DNA of 64,000 nt from an uncultured delta proteobacterium. GTDB taxonomy: Bacteria; Desulfobacterota; Binatia; UBA9968. The stretch covers positions 92,399-156,398 of the forward strand of contig CAWDMI010000006.1 of the NCBI GenBank assembly GCA_963803415.1, read 5' to 3'. A model generated the notes under the pieces. That model was not told the origin of the DNA. It ran no database searches and saw nothing but the letters and a program-made list of their open reading frames with translations. The translations under genes and the position numbers were made by a program. This document shows, piece by piece, positions 10,992-19,915 of the stretch (position 1 is its first letter; the number at the start of each line of letters is the position of its first letter).

Positions 10992-11024
10992 GTTGACATC
11001 TCAATAATCAAAATATAAATGATT
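10992..11024 (+). promoter_or_regulatory. Putative promoter/operator copy 1 (GTTGACATCT...AAATATAAATGATT)
   Basis: TTGACA plus AT-rich block upstream of the permease; 28/33 identical to 17482-17514. Confidence 0.6.
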
Positions 11025-11075
11025 AACAATGTTGGTTTCGGCGCACGCAATTAGCGATCCGGACTTAGCTCCCCT

Positions 11076-12803
11076 ATGAAGAACAGCACGGCGGCGCTTC
11101 CATTTCCACGATTCAGATTTCGCTTTAGAGCCTTTCGCGTGGCGGAGTTTTCCATGGCGGCGCTCCTCGCCGTGCTCATGGGCGCCCCGGTCCTTTTTAT
11201 GCTCATCAGCAGTTTCAATATCGCGTCGCCGACGAAGGAGGCGACATTCGGCATCGCTAATTGGGTGCGCGCTTTTTCCGATCCGGGGACCTTGAGTGCG
11301 TTGTGGATGAGTTTTTTAATTGCCTTCGTGCGGCTTATTCCGGCGATCGCGATCTCGGTTGTGGTTGCGTGGTTGATCGCTCGGACGGACATGCCCGGGG
11401 GGCAGACGCTGGAGTTTCTCTGCTGGTTTGCCTATTTCGTTCCGGATTTTCCGATGGTTCTCGCCTGGATGCTGCTTCTCGATCCCAACTACGGCGTTCT
11501 AAACAGCATCGCCAGATACCTTCCTTTTGTCGACGGGCCGCTTTTTAATCCTTACAGTTTTTGGGGAATTATATGGGTGCACACGTCAGTCAGCGGCATC
11601 TGGTTTAAGGTGATGCTTTTGACGCCCGTGTTTCGCCGGTTAGGCGCCAGTCTGGAAGAGGCCGCGCGCGTCGCCGGCGCGGATAACTTCACGACTCTTC
11701 GCAGAGTCACCCTTCCCGTGCTCTCGCCCATGATCTTGGCGATTGCCGCGTTGAGCTTTATCCGTGGCATTGAATCGTTCAACACGGAGTTGCTTCTCGG
11801 CATCCCGGCGGGCATCTACGTTTACGCAACACGCATTTACGATTTCACGCGCGCAGAACCCCCGGCGTTCGGCGAAGCCACAGCCCTGGGCTCTGTTTTT
11901 CTTGTGGTCCTGGGTATTTTGGCATTTTTCTATCAGCGCCACCTCAAAGGAAAAAGAAAGTTCACGGTAGTGACGGGCCAGGGATACTCGACCACTCGCG
12001 TGAAGCTTGGCAAGTGGCGCTATGTGGCCCTGGGTGCCTGTATTTTTTATTTCGTTGTGATGATGGTCTTGCCGCTGACGTTTCTCATCGTCGGCTCGTT
12101 CATGCGCCGCTACGGGTTTTTCAACATTAGCAATCCCTTTACCCTCGCGCACTGGCAGAACATGCTGAACGATCCTATCTTCCTTGTATCCCTGAAGAAC
12201 AGCCTGATCATCGCAACCCTTGCCGCTGTCACCGGCATCGTTCTCTACTCGGTCGTTGCTTATCTGGTGGTCTCACGGCGTAGCCGAATCGGGCCGGTGC
12301 TGGATCTTTTCTGTTGGCTCCCCTGGGTGATTCCGGGAATCCTGATGAGCCTCGGGCTCCTCTGGATCTTCCTGGCGACGCCCTTGCGATCGGTCCTCTA
12401 TGGATCGGTCTGGGGGATTGCTCTGGCCCTGATGATTAAAGACAGCCCGGTTACGACCCAGGCCTTCAAAGCCGCGATCTTGCAGCTTGGACCGGAACTG
12501 GAAGAAGCGGCGCGCGTTACCGGGGCTTCGTGGTGGTACACGTACCGCAGGATTCTGCTTCCGCTGCTCGCTCCGATGGTTGCGACGGTGGGTCTGTTGA
12601 ATTTTGGCGGCGCGCTCACCAGCGTGAGCACGCCGGTGCTTCTCTACAGCGCGCAGTCGCGACCGCTTGCGATTCTGCTTCTGGAGTACAGCTTTTCCGG
12701 AGAGCTCGAGCGCGCCGCGGCATTGGGCCTTCTCATCACGGCGATCGTCTGTGTCATGATGCTGCTGGGCAGAAAACTGGGATTGCAGTTGACCCAGTCG
12801 TGA
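11076..12803 (+). CDS. ABC transporter permease (FbpB/ThiP-like, two-module)
   Basis: Multiple TM segments; two EAA loops LEEAARVAGA and LEEAARVTGA. Confidence 0.92.
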   Translation: MKNSTAALPFPRFRFRFRAFRVAEFSMAALLAVLMGAPVLFMLISSFNIASPTKEATFGIANWVRAFSDPGTLSALWMSFLIAFVRLIPAIAISVVVAWLIARTDMPGGQTLEFLCWFAYFVPDFPMVLAWMLLLDPNYGVLNSIARYLPFVDGPLFNPYSFWGIIWVHTSVSGIWFKVMLLTPVFRRLGASLEEAARVAGADNFTTLRRVTLPVLSPMILAIAALSFIRGIESFNTELLLGIPAGIYVYATRIYDFTRAEPPAFGEATALGSVFLVVLGILAFFYQRHLKGKRKFTVVTGQGYSTTRVKLGKWRYVALGACIFYFVVMMVLPLTFLIVGSFMRRYGFFNISNPFTLAHWQNMLNDPIFLVSLKNSLIIATLAAVTGIVLYSVVAYLVVSRRSRIGPVLDLFCWLPWVIPGILMSLGLLWIFLATPLRSVLYGSVWGIALALMIKDSPVTTQAFKAAILQLGPELEEAARVTGASWWYTYRRILLPLLAPMVATVGLLNFGGALTSVSTPVLLYSAQSRPLAILLLEYSFSGELERAAALGLLITAIVCVMMLLGRKLGLQLTQS

Positions 12804-12852
12804 GGGTCGTGCACGAACTTGGTGCATCATCGAATCTTAGGAGAGGACGACC

Positions 12853-13935
12853 ATGCATTTCGTCATCGCGATCGTGATTCTCGCCGTAGCGCTTCCTGCC
12901 TGGGGACAACAAAAGAGCCGGGAACGGGAATGGACCGAAGTCCTGGCGGCGGCCAAGAAAGAAGGGAAAGTCGTGGTCGTGACATCGCCTGACCCGGTGA
13001 TGCGTGAGATCGCCGCGAAGTTCAAGAAAAGTTTTGGCATCGCCGTGGAGCATGTCGCCGGAAGATCAAGCGAGATCGCCGCGCGACTCAGGTCAGAACG
13101 CCAGGCTGGAGTTTACACGGTTGATGTTTTCATGGGCGGGATTCAGACGGTGGCGACGATTCTTTATCGGGAAAAGATGCTCGATCCTCTCAGGCCCGCC
13201 GTGATGCTCCCGGAAGTGCTAGATCCATCGAAATGGAAAAGGGGCAAGCTCTGGTTTGTCGATCCAGAGGGGCTATACGTTGCCCGTCCTTTCAGCACCA
13301 TCTCGAACCTGCTCCACATCAATACCAACCAAGTGAAGCCGCAGGATCTCGCAACGGCGAAAGATCTTCTCAACCCAAAATGGAAAGGAAAAATATCCAC
13401 GGAAGATCCCACAACTTCGGGAAGCGGAAGCAATACCGCGGCGCGAGTCTACGCGCAAATGGGCGAGGATTTCATGAAGAAGCTCTACATCGATCAAAAG
13501 CCGGCGATCACCCGGGAACGACGCCAGCTTACCGACTGGTTGGCGCGCGGGACCTATCCCATTGCGTTCGCGGCCCACGATTCGGACGTGGAGAAGATGC
13601 GCAAAGAAGGGTTTCCAATCAAAGAGATCTACGGCTTCCCGGATATGCCGCCGGCGCTTACGGGTTCGCCGTGGCAGATTGTCCTGCTAAACCGCGCGCC
13701 GGACGCGAATGCGGCGAAGATTTTCGTAAACTGGATGCTCTCAAAAGAGGGGCTCGAGATCTATGCCAGGGGAGAGGGAAACGTGACGTTGCGCACCGAC
13801 GTGGATGAGTCTTTCCTGCCGACGGATGTGATTCCGCGCCCCGGGATCAATTATTTCGACACTTACGATTGGGAATGGACAGTTTCGGGAAAGGAGAAAG
13901 TACGGCTGCGGTTAAAAGAGATCCTGGGACGCTGA
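12853..13935 (+). CDS. ABC transporter substrate-binding protein
   Basis: Signal peptide, AAKKEGKVVV, LLNPKWKGKI, NAAKIFVNW. Confidence 0.9.
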   Translation: MHFVIAIVILAVALPAWGQQKSREREWTEVLAAAKKEGKVVVVTSPDPVMREIAAKFKKSFGIAVEHVAGRSSEIAARLRSERQAGVYTVDVFMGGIQTVATILYREKMLDPLRPAVMLPEVLDPSKWKRGKLWFVDPEGLYVARPFSTISNLLHINTNQVKPQDLATAKDLLNPKWKGKISTEDPTTSGSGSNTAARVYAQMGEDFMKKLYIDQKPAITRERRQLTDWLARGTYPIAFAAHDSDVEKMRKEGFPIKEIYGFPDMPPALTGSPWQIVLLNRAPDANAAKIFVNWMLSKEGLEIYARGEGNVTLRTDVDESFLPTDVIPRPGINYFDTYDWEWTVSGKEKVRLRLKEILGR

Positions 13936-13948
13936 TCCGTCGAGGGCA

Positions 13949-14963
13949 ATGAAACCGCGTGTCCTGCTGTTGCGCCCTGAAGAGAGCGCTGACTCCGCGT
14001 TAGACCAGAGGGCTGGAGCGAGACTGGCCTGGCGGCACGGAGTGTTGGCTGATGTCATCCAGTTGGAGGAAAACGTCTTTGACGCCGGAGCAGACAAAGC
14101 GTTAGAAGAGAAGGCCCGGCAGTGGGGAGGAAACCTGTCGGGAATCGTGGGCGCGACCAATGTGCCGCAATCGGCCCGCCTCGGCGAAATTGCAGAGGAA
14201 ATGAAGGTTCTCTGTTTCGTCGCGAACAACAATCCTTCTGTCTGGCAGCGGCGGCGCCACGTTTTTCATATCGGTTTACCGACCACGCAAACCGCCGAGG
14301 CGGTTGGCCATTTGCTCGTGCAGGCGCGGTTCACGCGTGTGTTTCTTTTGCATGATCAAACAGAATTCCAGGATCGTGTCGCGAAAAGCATGAAGTCGGC
14401 TCTGGAGAGAAGAGAAATTCGGGTGCGTTCACGTTCCGGCAACGAGGCCGCGTGGATCGATGAAGTTGCGAGCTGGAATGCAGATCTCGTTTACTTGATC
14501 TATTCGGTAGAAAAAAAAGCGCTGGCGCTCGCAATGGCGTGCAAGAGCGCGCTGCCCAGAACTCCTCAGCTCTTTGGTCGATCCCTATTGCGCCAGACTT
14601 TCATAGATTCGCTGGGGTCCGCTGCCGAAGGTGCGCTGTTCGTGGACCTGTTCCGGCGCGGACCTTCTCGGGGAGCGCAGGAAAGCGCGCTGCTGAGCGC
14701 GCTCTCCTGCGAACGGGTCAACGTTGCCACCGCGAATCACGGGTTTGGTTGGGATGCGATGATGCTCTGTGGTTTGGCTCTCGCCAGGTCGCATGGGGAT
14801 GTCACCGATGCGATACAGTATCTTGAATCTAGCGTTTCTCTCGGGGGAGCAACGGGCGAGATTCGATTTAGTGACCGAAACCACAACGGGCCGTGAAGGG
14901 TTCGGCCCAACACGAATCAGCCGGTGGTATCACGGTCGATTAGAGGAGGCTTATTATGTTTAG
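13949..14963 (+). CDS. LivJ/AmiC-like type I periplasmic-binding-fold protein without signal peptide; apparent +1 frameshift near 14889
   Basis: GIVGATN, VFHIG, GWDAM and GATGEIRFSDRNHNG; reading continues as REGFGPTRISRW in the next frame to 14963. Confidence 0.6.
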
Positions 14964-16047
14964 AGCAATTCTTCTTCTGTTATTTTTGGCGACGCCTGCG
15001 GCGGCGCAGCAGAAAGGTTGGGAAAAGGAATGGACCGAGACGCTGGCGGCCGCGAAAATAGAGGGCAGAGTTGCGGTCGCAGGATCGCCGGATCCCGTGA
15101 TGCGTGACGCGATCATTCCGAAATTTACCGCCCGGTTCGGGATTCAAGTCGAATTCATTGGCGGGCGCGCGACGCAGTATATCGCAAAATTCAAAACCGA
15201 GCGCGCCGCAGGCATCTATTCGGTGGACATTTTTATGACGGGTGTGAACAGCACGGTTAACACGCTGTACGCGGAAAAGCTGATCGATCCCTTGCGGCCG
15301 CTCATGATCCTTCCCGAAGTGGTCGATGCCTCCAGGTGGAAAACAGGAAAGCTGGGGTTTATCGATCCGGAGGAAAAGTTCGTCCTCAGGGTTTTCGACT
15401 CCGTGAATGGCCTTTTCTTCTATAACGCCGATTATGTAAAAGCCGAAGAAGTTGGGTCAGCTAAGGACCTGCTCAATCCTAAATGGCGCGGCAAAATCTC
15501 CACCGACGATCCCATGATATCCGGAACTGGAGCGGCCAACGCCGCAATGCTCTATACGCAACTAGGAGGGGAGTTCGTGAAACGGCTGTACATCGACCAA
15601 AAGCCTGTCTTTTCTCGTGAACGGCGCCAGTATACGGATTGGCTGGCGCGGGGCACGTATCCGATCTGTCTGAACTGTCGCGCGGACGACGTGCGACCGT
15701 TGCGCCAAGAGGGCTTCAAACTTGTAGAGATTTTTGAGTTGTCGGACTTGAGGCCCCAGGTGAACGGCTCTCCGTGGCTTCTTACCGTTGCCAATAAGGC
15801 TCCGCACCCGAACGCGGCGCGCGTGTTTGCCAATTGGATTGTATCCAAAGAGGGTCTCGAGACTTACTCCCGGGGCTACGGGGCCGTCACACTACGGACG
15901 GATGTAGATGAATCGTTTCTTGAGCGCGCAACGATTCCACGCGCCGGTGTGAAATATTTCGACGACACAGAATGGAGCTGGGCTGTGAGTGGCAGGACAG
16001 AAGCACGCGAAAAAATACAGGCGCTCTTGAGAGCGCATGGAAAATAG
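14956..16047 (+). CDS. ABC transporter substrate-binding protein
   Basis: Signal peptide; AAKIEGRVAV; APHPNAARVFANW; close paralog of the next gene. Confidence 0.9.
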   Translation: MFRAILLLLFLATPAAAQQKGWEKEWTETLAAAKIEGRVAVAGSPDPVMRDAIIPKFTARFGIQVEFIGGRATQYIAKFKTERAAGIYSVDIFMTGVNSTVNTLYAEKLIDPLRPLMILPEVVDASRWKTGKLGFIDPEEKFVLRVFDSVNGLFFYNADYVKAEEVGSAKDLLNPKWRGKISTDDPMISGTGAANAAMLYTQLGGEFVKRLYIDQKPVFSRERRQYTDWLARGTYPICLNCRADDVRPLRQEGFKLVEIFELSDLRPQVNGSPWLLTVANKAPHPNAARVFANWIVSKEGLETYSRGYGAVTLRTDVDESFLERATIPRAGVKYFDDTEWSWAVSGRTEAREKIQALLRAHGK

Positions 16048-16146
16048 TAAATCGATATCATTCTCGCGATGATAAATGGTTGGTATCACGTAATGGAGGA
16101 ACTCAATGCCAAGGCTTACCACGAGGTCGAATCGAGGAGGTTTCTT

Positions 16147-17241
16147 ATGCTTAAGGTAGTTGTCTTGCTCTTAGTTTGGATCGGCACGGCGTCAGCCCAG
16201 CAAAAGGGCTGGGAAAAGGAGTGGAATGAAGTTCTGGCTGCCGCCAAGAAAGAAGGTAAAGTCGCCGTCGCGGGATCTCCGGATCCGGTGATGCGCAACG
16301 ACATTATTCCGACGTTTACTGCGCGGTTTGGAATCTCGGTTGAATTTCTCGGCGGCCGTGCCAGCCAGTATCTGGCGAAAATCAAGACCGAACGGGCGGC
16401 GGGAATTTATTCGATGGATGTTTTCCTGACCGGTCCGGACTCGACGGCGAGCACGCTCTACGGCGAGAAACTGATCGATCCTCTCCGGCCGCTGCTGATT
16501 CTACCCGAGGTGCTCGAACCCTCGAAATGGAAAGTAGGCAAGCCGTGGTTTATCGATCCGGAGGAAAAGTATGTTCTGAGGACATTCCGGTCCGTCGACA
16601 ACATGCTTTTTTATAATGCCGACTATGTGAAAGCCGAGGAAGTCCGCGCGGTAAAGGATCTGTTGAATCCTAAATGGCGCGGCAAGATTTCGGCGGAAGA
16701 CCCCTTTGTTTCGGGATCGGGGGCGAACACGGCAGCGAGTTTTCTCGTTCAGCTGGGCGAAGAATTTCTCAAGAAGCTTTATATCGAACAAAAGCCCGTC
16801 ATTTCGCGCGAGCGCCGCCAGTTTACCGATTGGCTCGCGCGCGGAACGTACCCGATCTGCTTGAATTGCCGCCAGGACGACGTCCGGCCGCTACAGAAAG
16901 AGGGCTTCAAATTGATCGAAGTCTTTGAAATGGTAGACATCCCCAGCCATGTGAACGGCTCGCCGTGGTTGTTGACAGTTGCCAATAAGGCGCCGCATCC
17001 GAACGCGGCGCGGGTCTTCGCCAACTGGATTGCGTCGAAAGAAGGTCAGGAGCTGTATTCCCGTGGCTATGGCGCCGCGAGCTTGCGCACCGACGTTGAT
17101 GAATCTTTCTTGAACAAGCAAGAGATTCCCCGTTCCGGAGTGACGTATTTTGACGATACCGATTGGCACTGGGTTGTCACCGGTAGGAAACAGGCGCGCG
17201 AGAAGGCGCAGCAGTTGTTGAGAGAACAAGGTCTAAAATAG
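16147..17241 (+). CDS. ABC transporter substrate-binding protein (tandem paralog of 14956-16047)
   Basis: GAGGAGG RBS before ATG 16147; long identical peptide blocks such as TDWLARGTYPICLNCR and VNGSPWLLTVANKAPHPNAARVFANWI. Confidence 0.9.
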   Translation: MLKVVVLLLVWIGTASAQQKGWEKEWNEVLAAAKKEGKVAVAGSPDPVMRNDIIPTFTARFGISVEFLGGRASQYLAKIKTERAAGIYSMDVFLTGPDSTASTLYGEKLIDPLRPLLILPEVLEPSKWKVGKPWFIDPEEKYVLRTFRSVDNMLFYNADYVKAEEVRAVKDLLNPKWRGKISAEDPFVSGSGANTAASFLVQLGEEFLKKLYIEQKPVISRERRQFTDWLARGTYPICLNCRQDDVRPLQKEGFKLIEVFEMVDIPSHVNGSPWLLTVANKAPHPNAARVFANWIASKEGQELYSRGYGAASLRTDVDESFLNKQEIPRSGVTYFDDTDWHWVVTGRKQAREKAQQLLREQGLK

Positions 17242-17481
17242 GTCTAGCTTGGCCGAGGCGAGTCGTGATCAGACCGATAAAGTCTCGGCTAAGCGCGCGC
17301 CAAGGTGCACAACGAATGGTGTTCTCAGGCGACGCGTAGCAGAGAGCCTCGGCTAGGCCGAATTTGAGCAATAAGTATTTCCACCTGGCCAACTAAAAAC
17401 CAATTTCCGCCCAAAATACTTGCCGATTCAGTTGTTCATGGGTTCTGCGGCGCCAAATTTCGTCGCGCATTGTTAAAAATA

Positions 17482-17514
17482 GTTGACATCTTAACTATTG
17501 AAATATAAATGATT
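17482..17514 (+). promoter_or_regulatory. Putative promoter/operator copy 2
   Basis: GTTGACATCTTAACTATTGAAATATAAATGATT, near-identical to 10992-11024. Confidence 0.6.
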
Positions 17515-17547
17515 GGGCAGCAACAGGTTTCATCGGGAGGGACTGAA

Positions 17548-18690
17548 GTGGCAGGACCGACAACCTACGAGAGTTGGATTCACAACGAAGGCGTCCCTGT
17601 GGTCGAAGCGTTTGGGATCGAGGATCTTCTGTCGGCGCCGCGACAACCTTGGTCGAGGACTGGGGGCAAGGGGGCCTTCATTCAGCTTCGCGGCATGGAG
17701 GGTTTTACCGGCATGTATCTCGGGGAGATCGCACCGGGCGAAAGTTTGAATCCGCAGAAGCACTTCTATGACGAGTTGATTTATATTTTGCGCGGGCATG
17801 GGGCGAGCGAGGTGTGGTGGGAAGGGAACGGGAAGAAAGCATCTTTTGAATGGGAAGAAGGGGGAATGTTCGCTCTGCCGTTGAACTGCATGCACCGGCT
17901 GCTGAACGGGAGCCAGGAACCGGTGTTGTATCTTGGGGTGACGAGCGCGCCTTTGTTGATGGACCTGATCCACGACCCGGATTTTATTTTTAATTGCGAC
18001 CATGTCTTTCATCAGAGATTCGACGGTGAGAGGGATTATTTTGTGCCGGGCACTCACAGAAGCCAGCCGGTCGGCGGTTTTTGGGTGTGGGAGTCGAACT
18101 TTATCGCGGATGTCCGCAGAGCGGTGGTGGATCCCGCCGAGCGCAAGGGTTCAGGGGTCAGGATCACGGCATTGGAAATGGGAGGGAGCGCCCTCGTAGG
18201 ACATATCGCCGAATGGCCGGTAGGTCGTTATCACAAAGCACACCATCATCAAGGCGGAGCGATTCTGCTGATCTTGAGGTCGAAAGGATATACGCTCATG
18301 TGGCCGCAGGAAGCTGGGATTCATCCCTACGCTGAGGGTCGCGGCGATCAAGTCGTCAAGGTAGATTGGAAAGTGGGAAGCGTGATGAGCCCGCCTACCG
18401 GTTGGTTCCATCAGCATTTCAATATGGGACAGGAACCGGCCCGGCAACTAGCCTTCCGCTATACCGGAAATTCGGGCAAGTACCGGTTGGGAATTGCCAA
18501 AGCTCTGAATAAGGCTGCAGGCGCCGGTGTGCGAACAAGCGTCCGCGAAGGAGGCACGCTCATTGAATATGAGGATGAAGACCCACAAATTCGCCGAGAC
18601 TACGACGCCCGGATCAAGGCGCAAGGGATAGAACTGCAGATGCCGTCCGCCTCCTACCGGGATTTCCCGCAGGAACGCGCGGTGCCATGA
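17548..18690 (+). CDS. Bicupin protein (gentisate dioxygenase-like fold)
   Basis: PQKHFYDELIY, YHKAHHH, WFHQHFN; GGAGG RBS before GTG 17548. Confidence 0.8.
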   Translation: MAGPTTYESWIHNEGVPVVEAFGIEDLLSAPRQPWSRTGGKGAFIQLRGMEGFTGMYLGEIAPGESLNPQKHFYDELIYILRGHGASEVWWEGNGKKASFEWEEGGMFALPLNCMHRLLNGSQEPVLYLGVTSAPLLMDLIHDPDFIFNCDHVFHQRFDGERDYFVPGTHRSQPVGGFWVWESNFIADVRRAVVDPAERKGSGVRITALEMGGSALVGHIAEWPVGRYHKAHHHQGGAILLILRSKGYTLMWPQEAGIHPYAEGRGDQVVKVDWKVGSVMSPPTGWFHQHFNMGQEPARQLAFRYTGNSGKYRLGIAKALNKAAGAGVRTSVREGGTLIEYEDEDPQIRRDYDARIKAQGIELQMPSASYRDFPQERAVP

Positions 18691-19863
18691 ATGAGTGGAG
18701 GTGTTCATTTTAACCGGGTCCCACCGATGCCGCCACCCGGCTCTATCCGCGAGATCATCCTTGCAGTCCTTCTGACCGTTGGGGTTGTTTCCTGTCTGGG
18801 TGAGGATCCGGTGCGGGCGCAGACACGGGAGGAATCGGGGCAGGCGATTTGGGAGCGGACGGTCAAATCAGCCAGCGATGAAGGCAAGCTGGTCATTTCG
18901 ATTCCACCCAGCCCGGAGCTCAGAAAGGGAATTGAGGAATACTTCGCAAGACGCTACGGCGTTGCGACGGAGCTGGTACCCGCCAGGGGCGCTCAGGTGA
19001 TCCGCAGGATTGCGGAGGAGGCGCGCGCTGGTATCCGCTATTTTGATCTGCACATGGGCGGCAGCGAGTCCATTGTCAAAGGTCTTCTCCCGGCAAACAT
19101 CCTGGAGCCCGTTGAGCCATGGCTGATTCTTCCCGAGGTAAGAGAAGCACGTAACTGGTGGGGTGGACACATGTGGGTGGATCGCGCGAAACGCTTTGTC
19201 TACGACTTCAGCGCCTATCAAACAGCAACGATCTGGCACAACACGCGCCTGCGCGGGGAGGCAATACGTTCTCTGGACGATTTTCTCAATCCGAAATGGA
19301 AAGGGCTGATTGGGTTCAGTGATCCCAGGGTTCCCGGCTCCGGTTCGTCGATGTGGTCTTACATGTGGGAGGTAAAGGGCGAGGAATATTTGCGCAAGTT
19401 AGTGGCGCAAAAGATCATGGTCGTCGCCGACACCAGGCTTCTTGCCGAGAATTTGGCCCGGGGGAACGTGGCACTTGCCGTGGGCATCGGTTACGGGGAA
19501 TTGTTGCCATTTATGAAGGCCGGTCTTCCGGTCAAGGCCCTGGCGACCCCGAAAGAAGGGCTGTACGCGACCGGAGGCTACGGCAACCTCACGATCATCA
19601 AAAATGCTCCCCATCCCAATGCGACACGATTGTTTGTCAATTGGCTTTTGGCCAGGGAGGGACAGGAGGTTTTTACGCAAAGCATGGGCAGCGCCACGCG
19701 CCGTCTGGACGTAAAAACGGAATGGCTGAAAAAATTTTTTGTCGTTGCGGCCAAGGATGAACTGACGGTCGAGCAATACTTCAAGATGGAGAACCAATCC
19801 GAGGAGAAAATCACCAGGGTGCGCGATCCCGCGGTCGACCTCGCGCGCCGGCTTCTCGATTAA
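18691..19863 (+). CDS. ABC transporter substrate-binding protein
   Basis: EGKLVI, FLNPKWKG, APHPNATRLFVNW. Confidence 0.88.
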   Translation: MSGGVHFNRVPPMPPPGSIREIILAVLLTVGVVSCLGEDPVRAQTREESGQAIWERTVKSASDEGKLVISIPPSPELRKGIEEYFARRYGVATELVPARGAQVIRRIAEEARAGIRYFDLHMGGSESIVKGLLPANILEPVEPWLILPEVREARNWWGGHMWVDRAKRFVYDFSAYQTATIWHNTRLRGEAIRSLDDFLNPKWKGLIGFSDPRVPGSGSSMWSYMWEVKGEEYLRKLVAQKIMVVADTRLLAENLARGNVALAVGIGYGELLPFMKAGLPVKALATPKEGLYATGGYGNLTIIKNAPHPNATRLFVNWLLAREGQEVFTQSMGSATRRLDVKTEWLKKFFVVAAKDELTVEQYFKMENQSEEKITRVRDPAVDLARRLLD

Positions 19864-19915
19864 GCGTGGAAACAGACACAGACAGAAACAGATAGATAGA
19901 GAGAGAGGAATCTGA

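Noticed and set aside
19866-19910. ACAG/AGAT/AG low-complexity run before ubiD
   Set aside because: Short and irregular, with no evidence of function beyond containing the RBS
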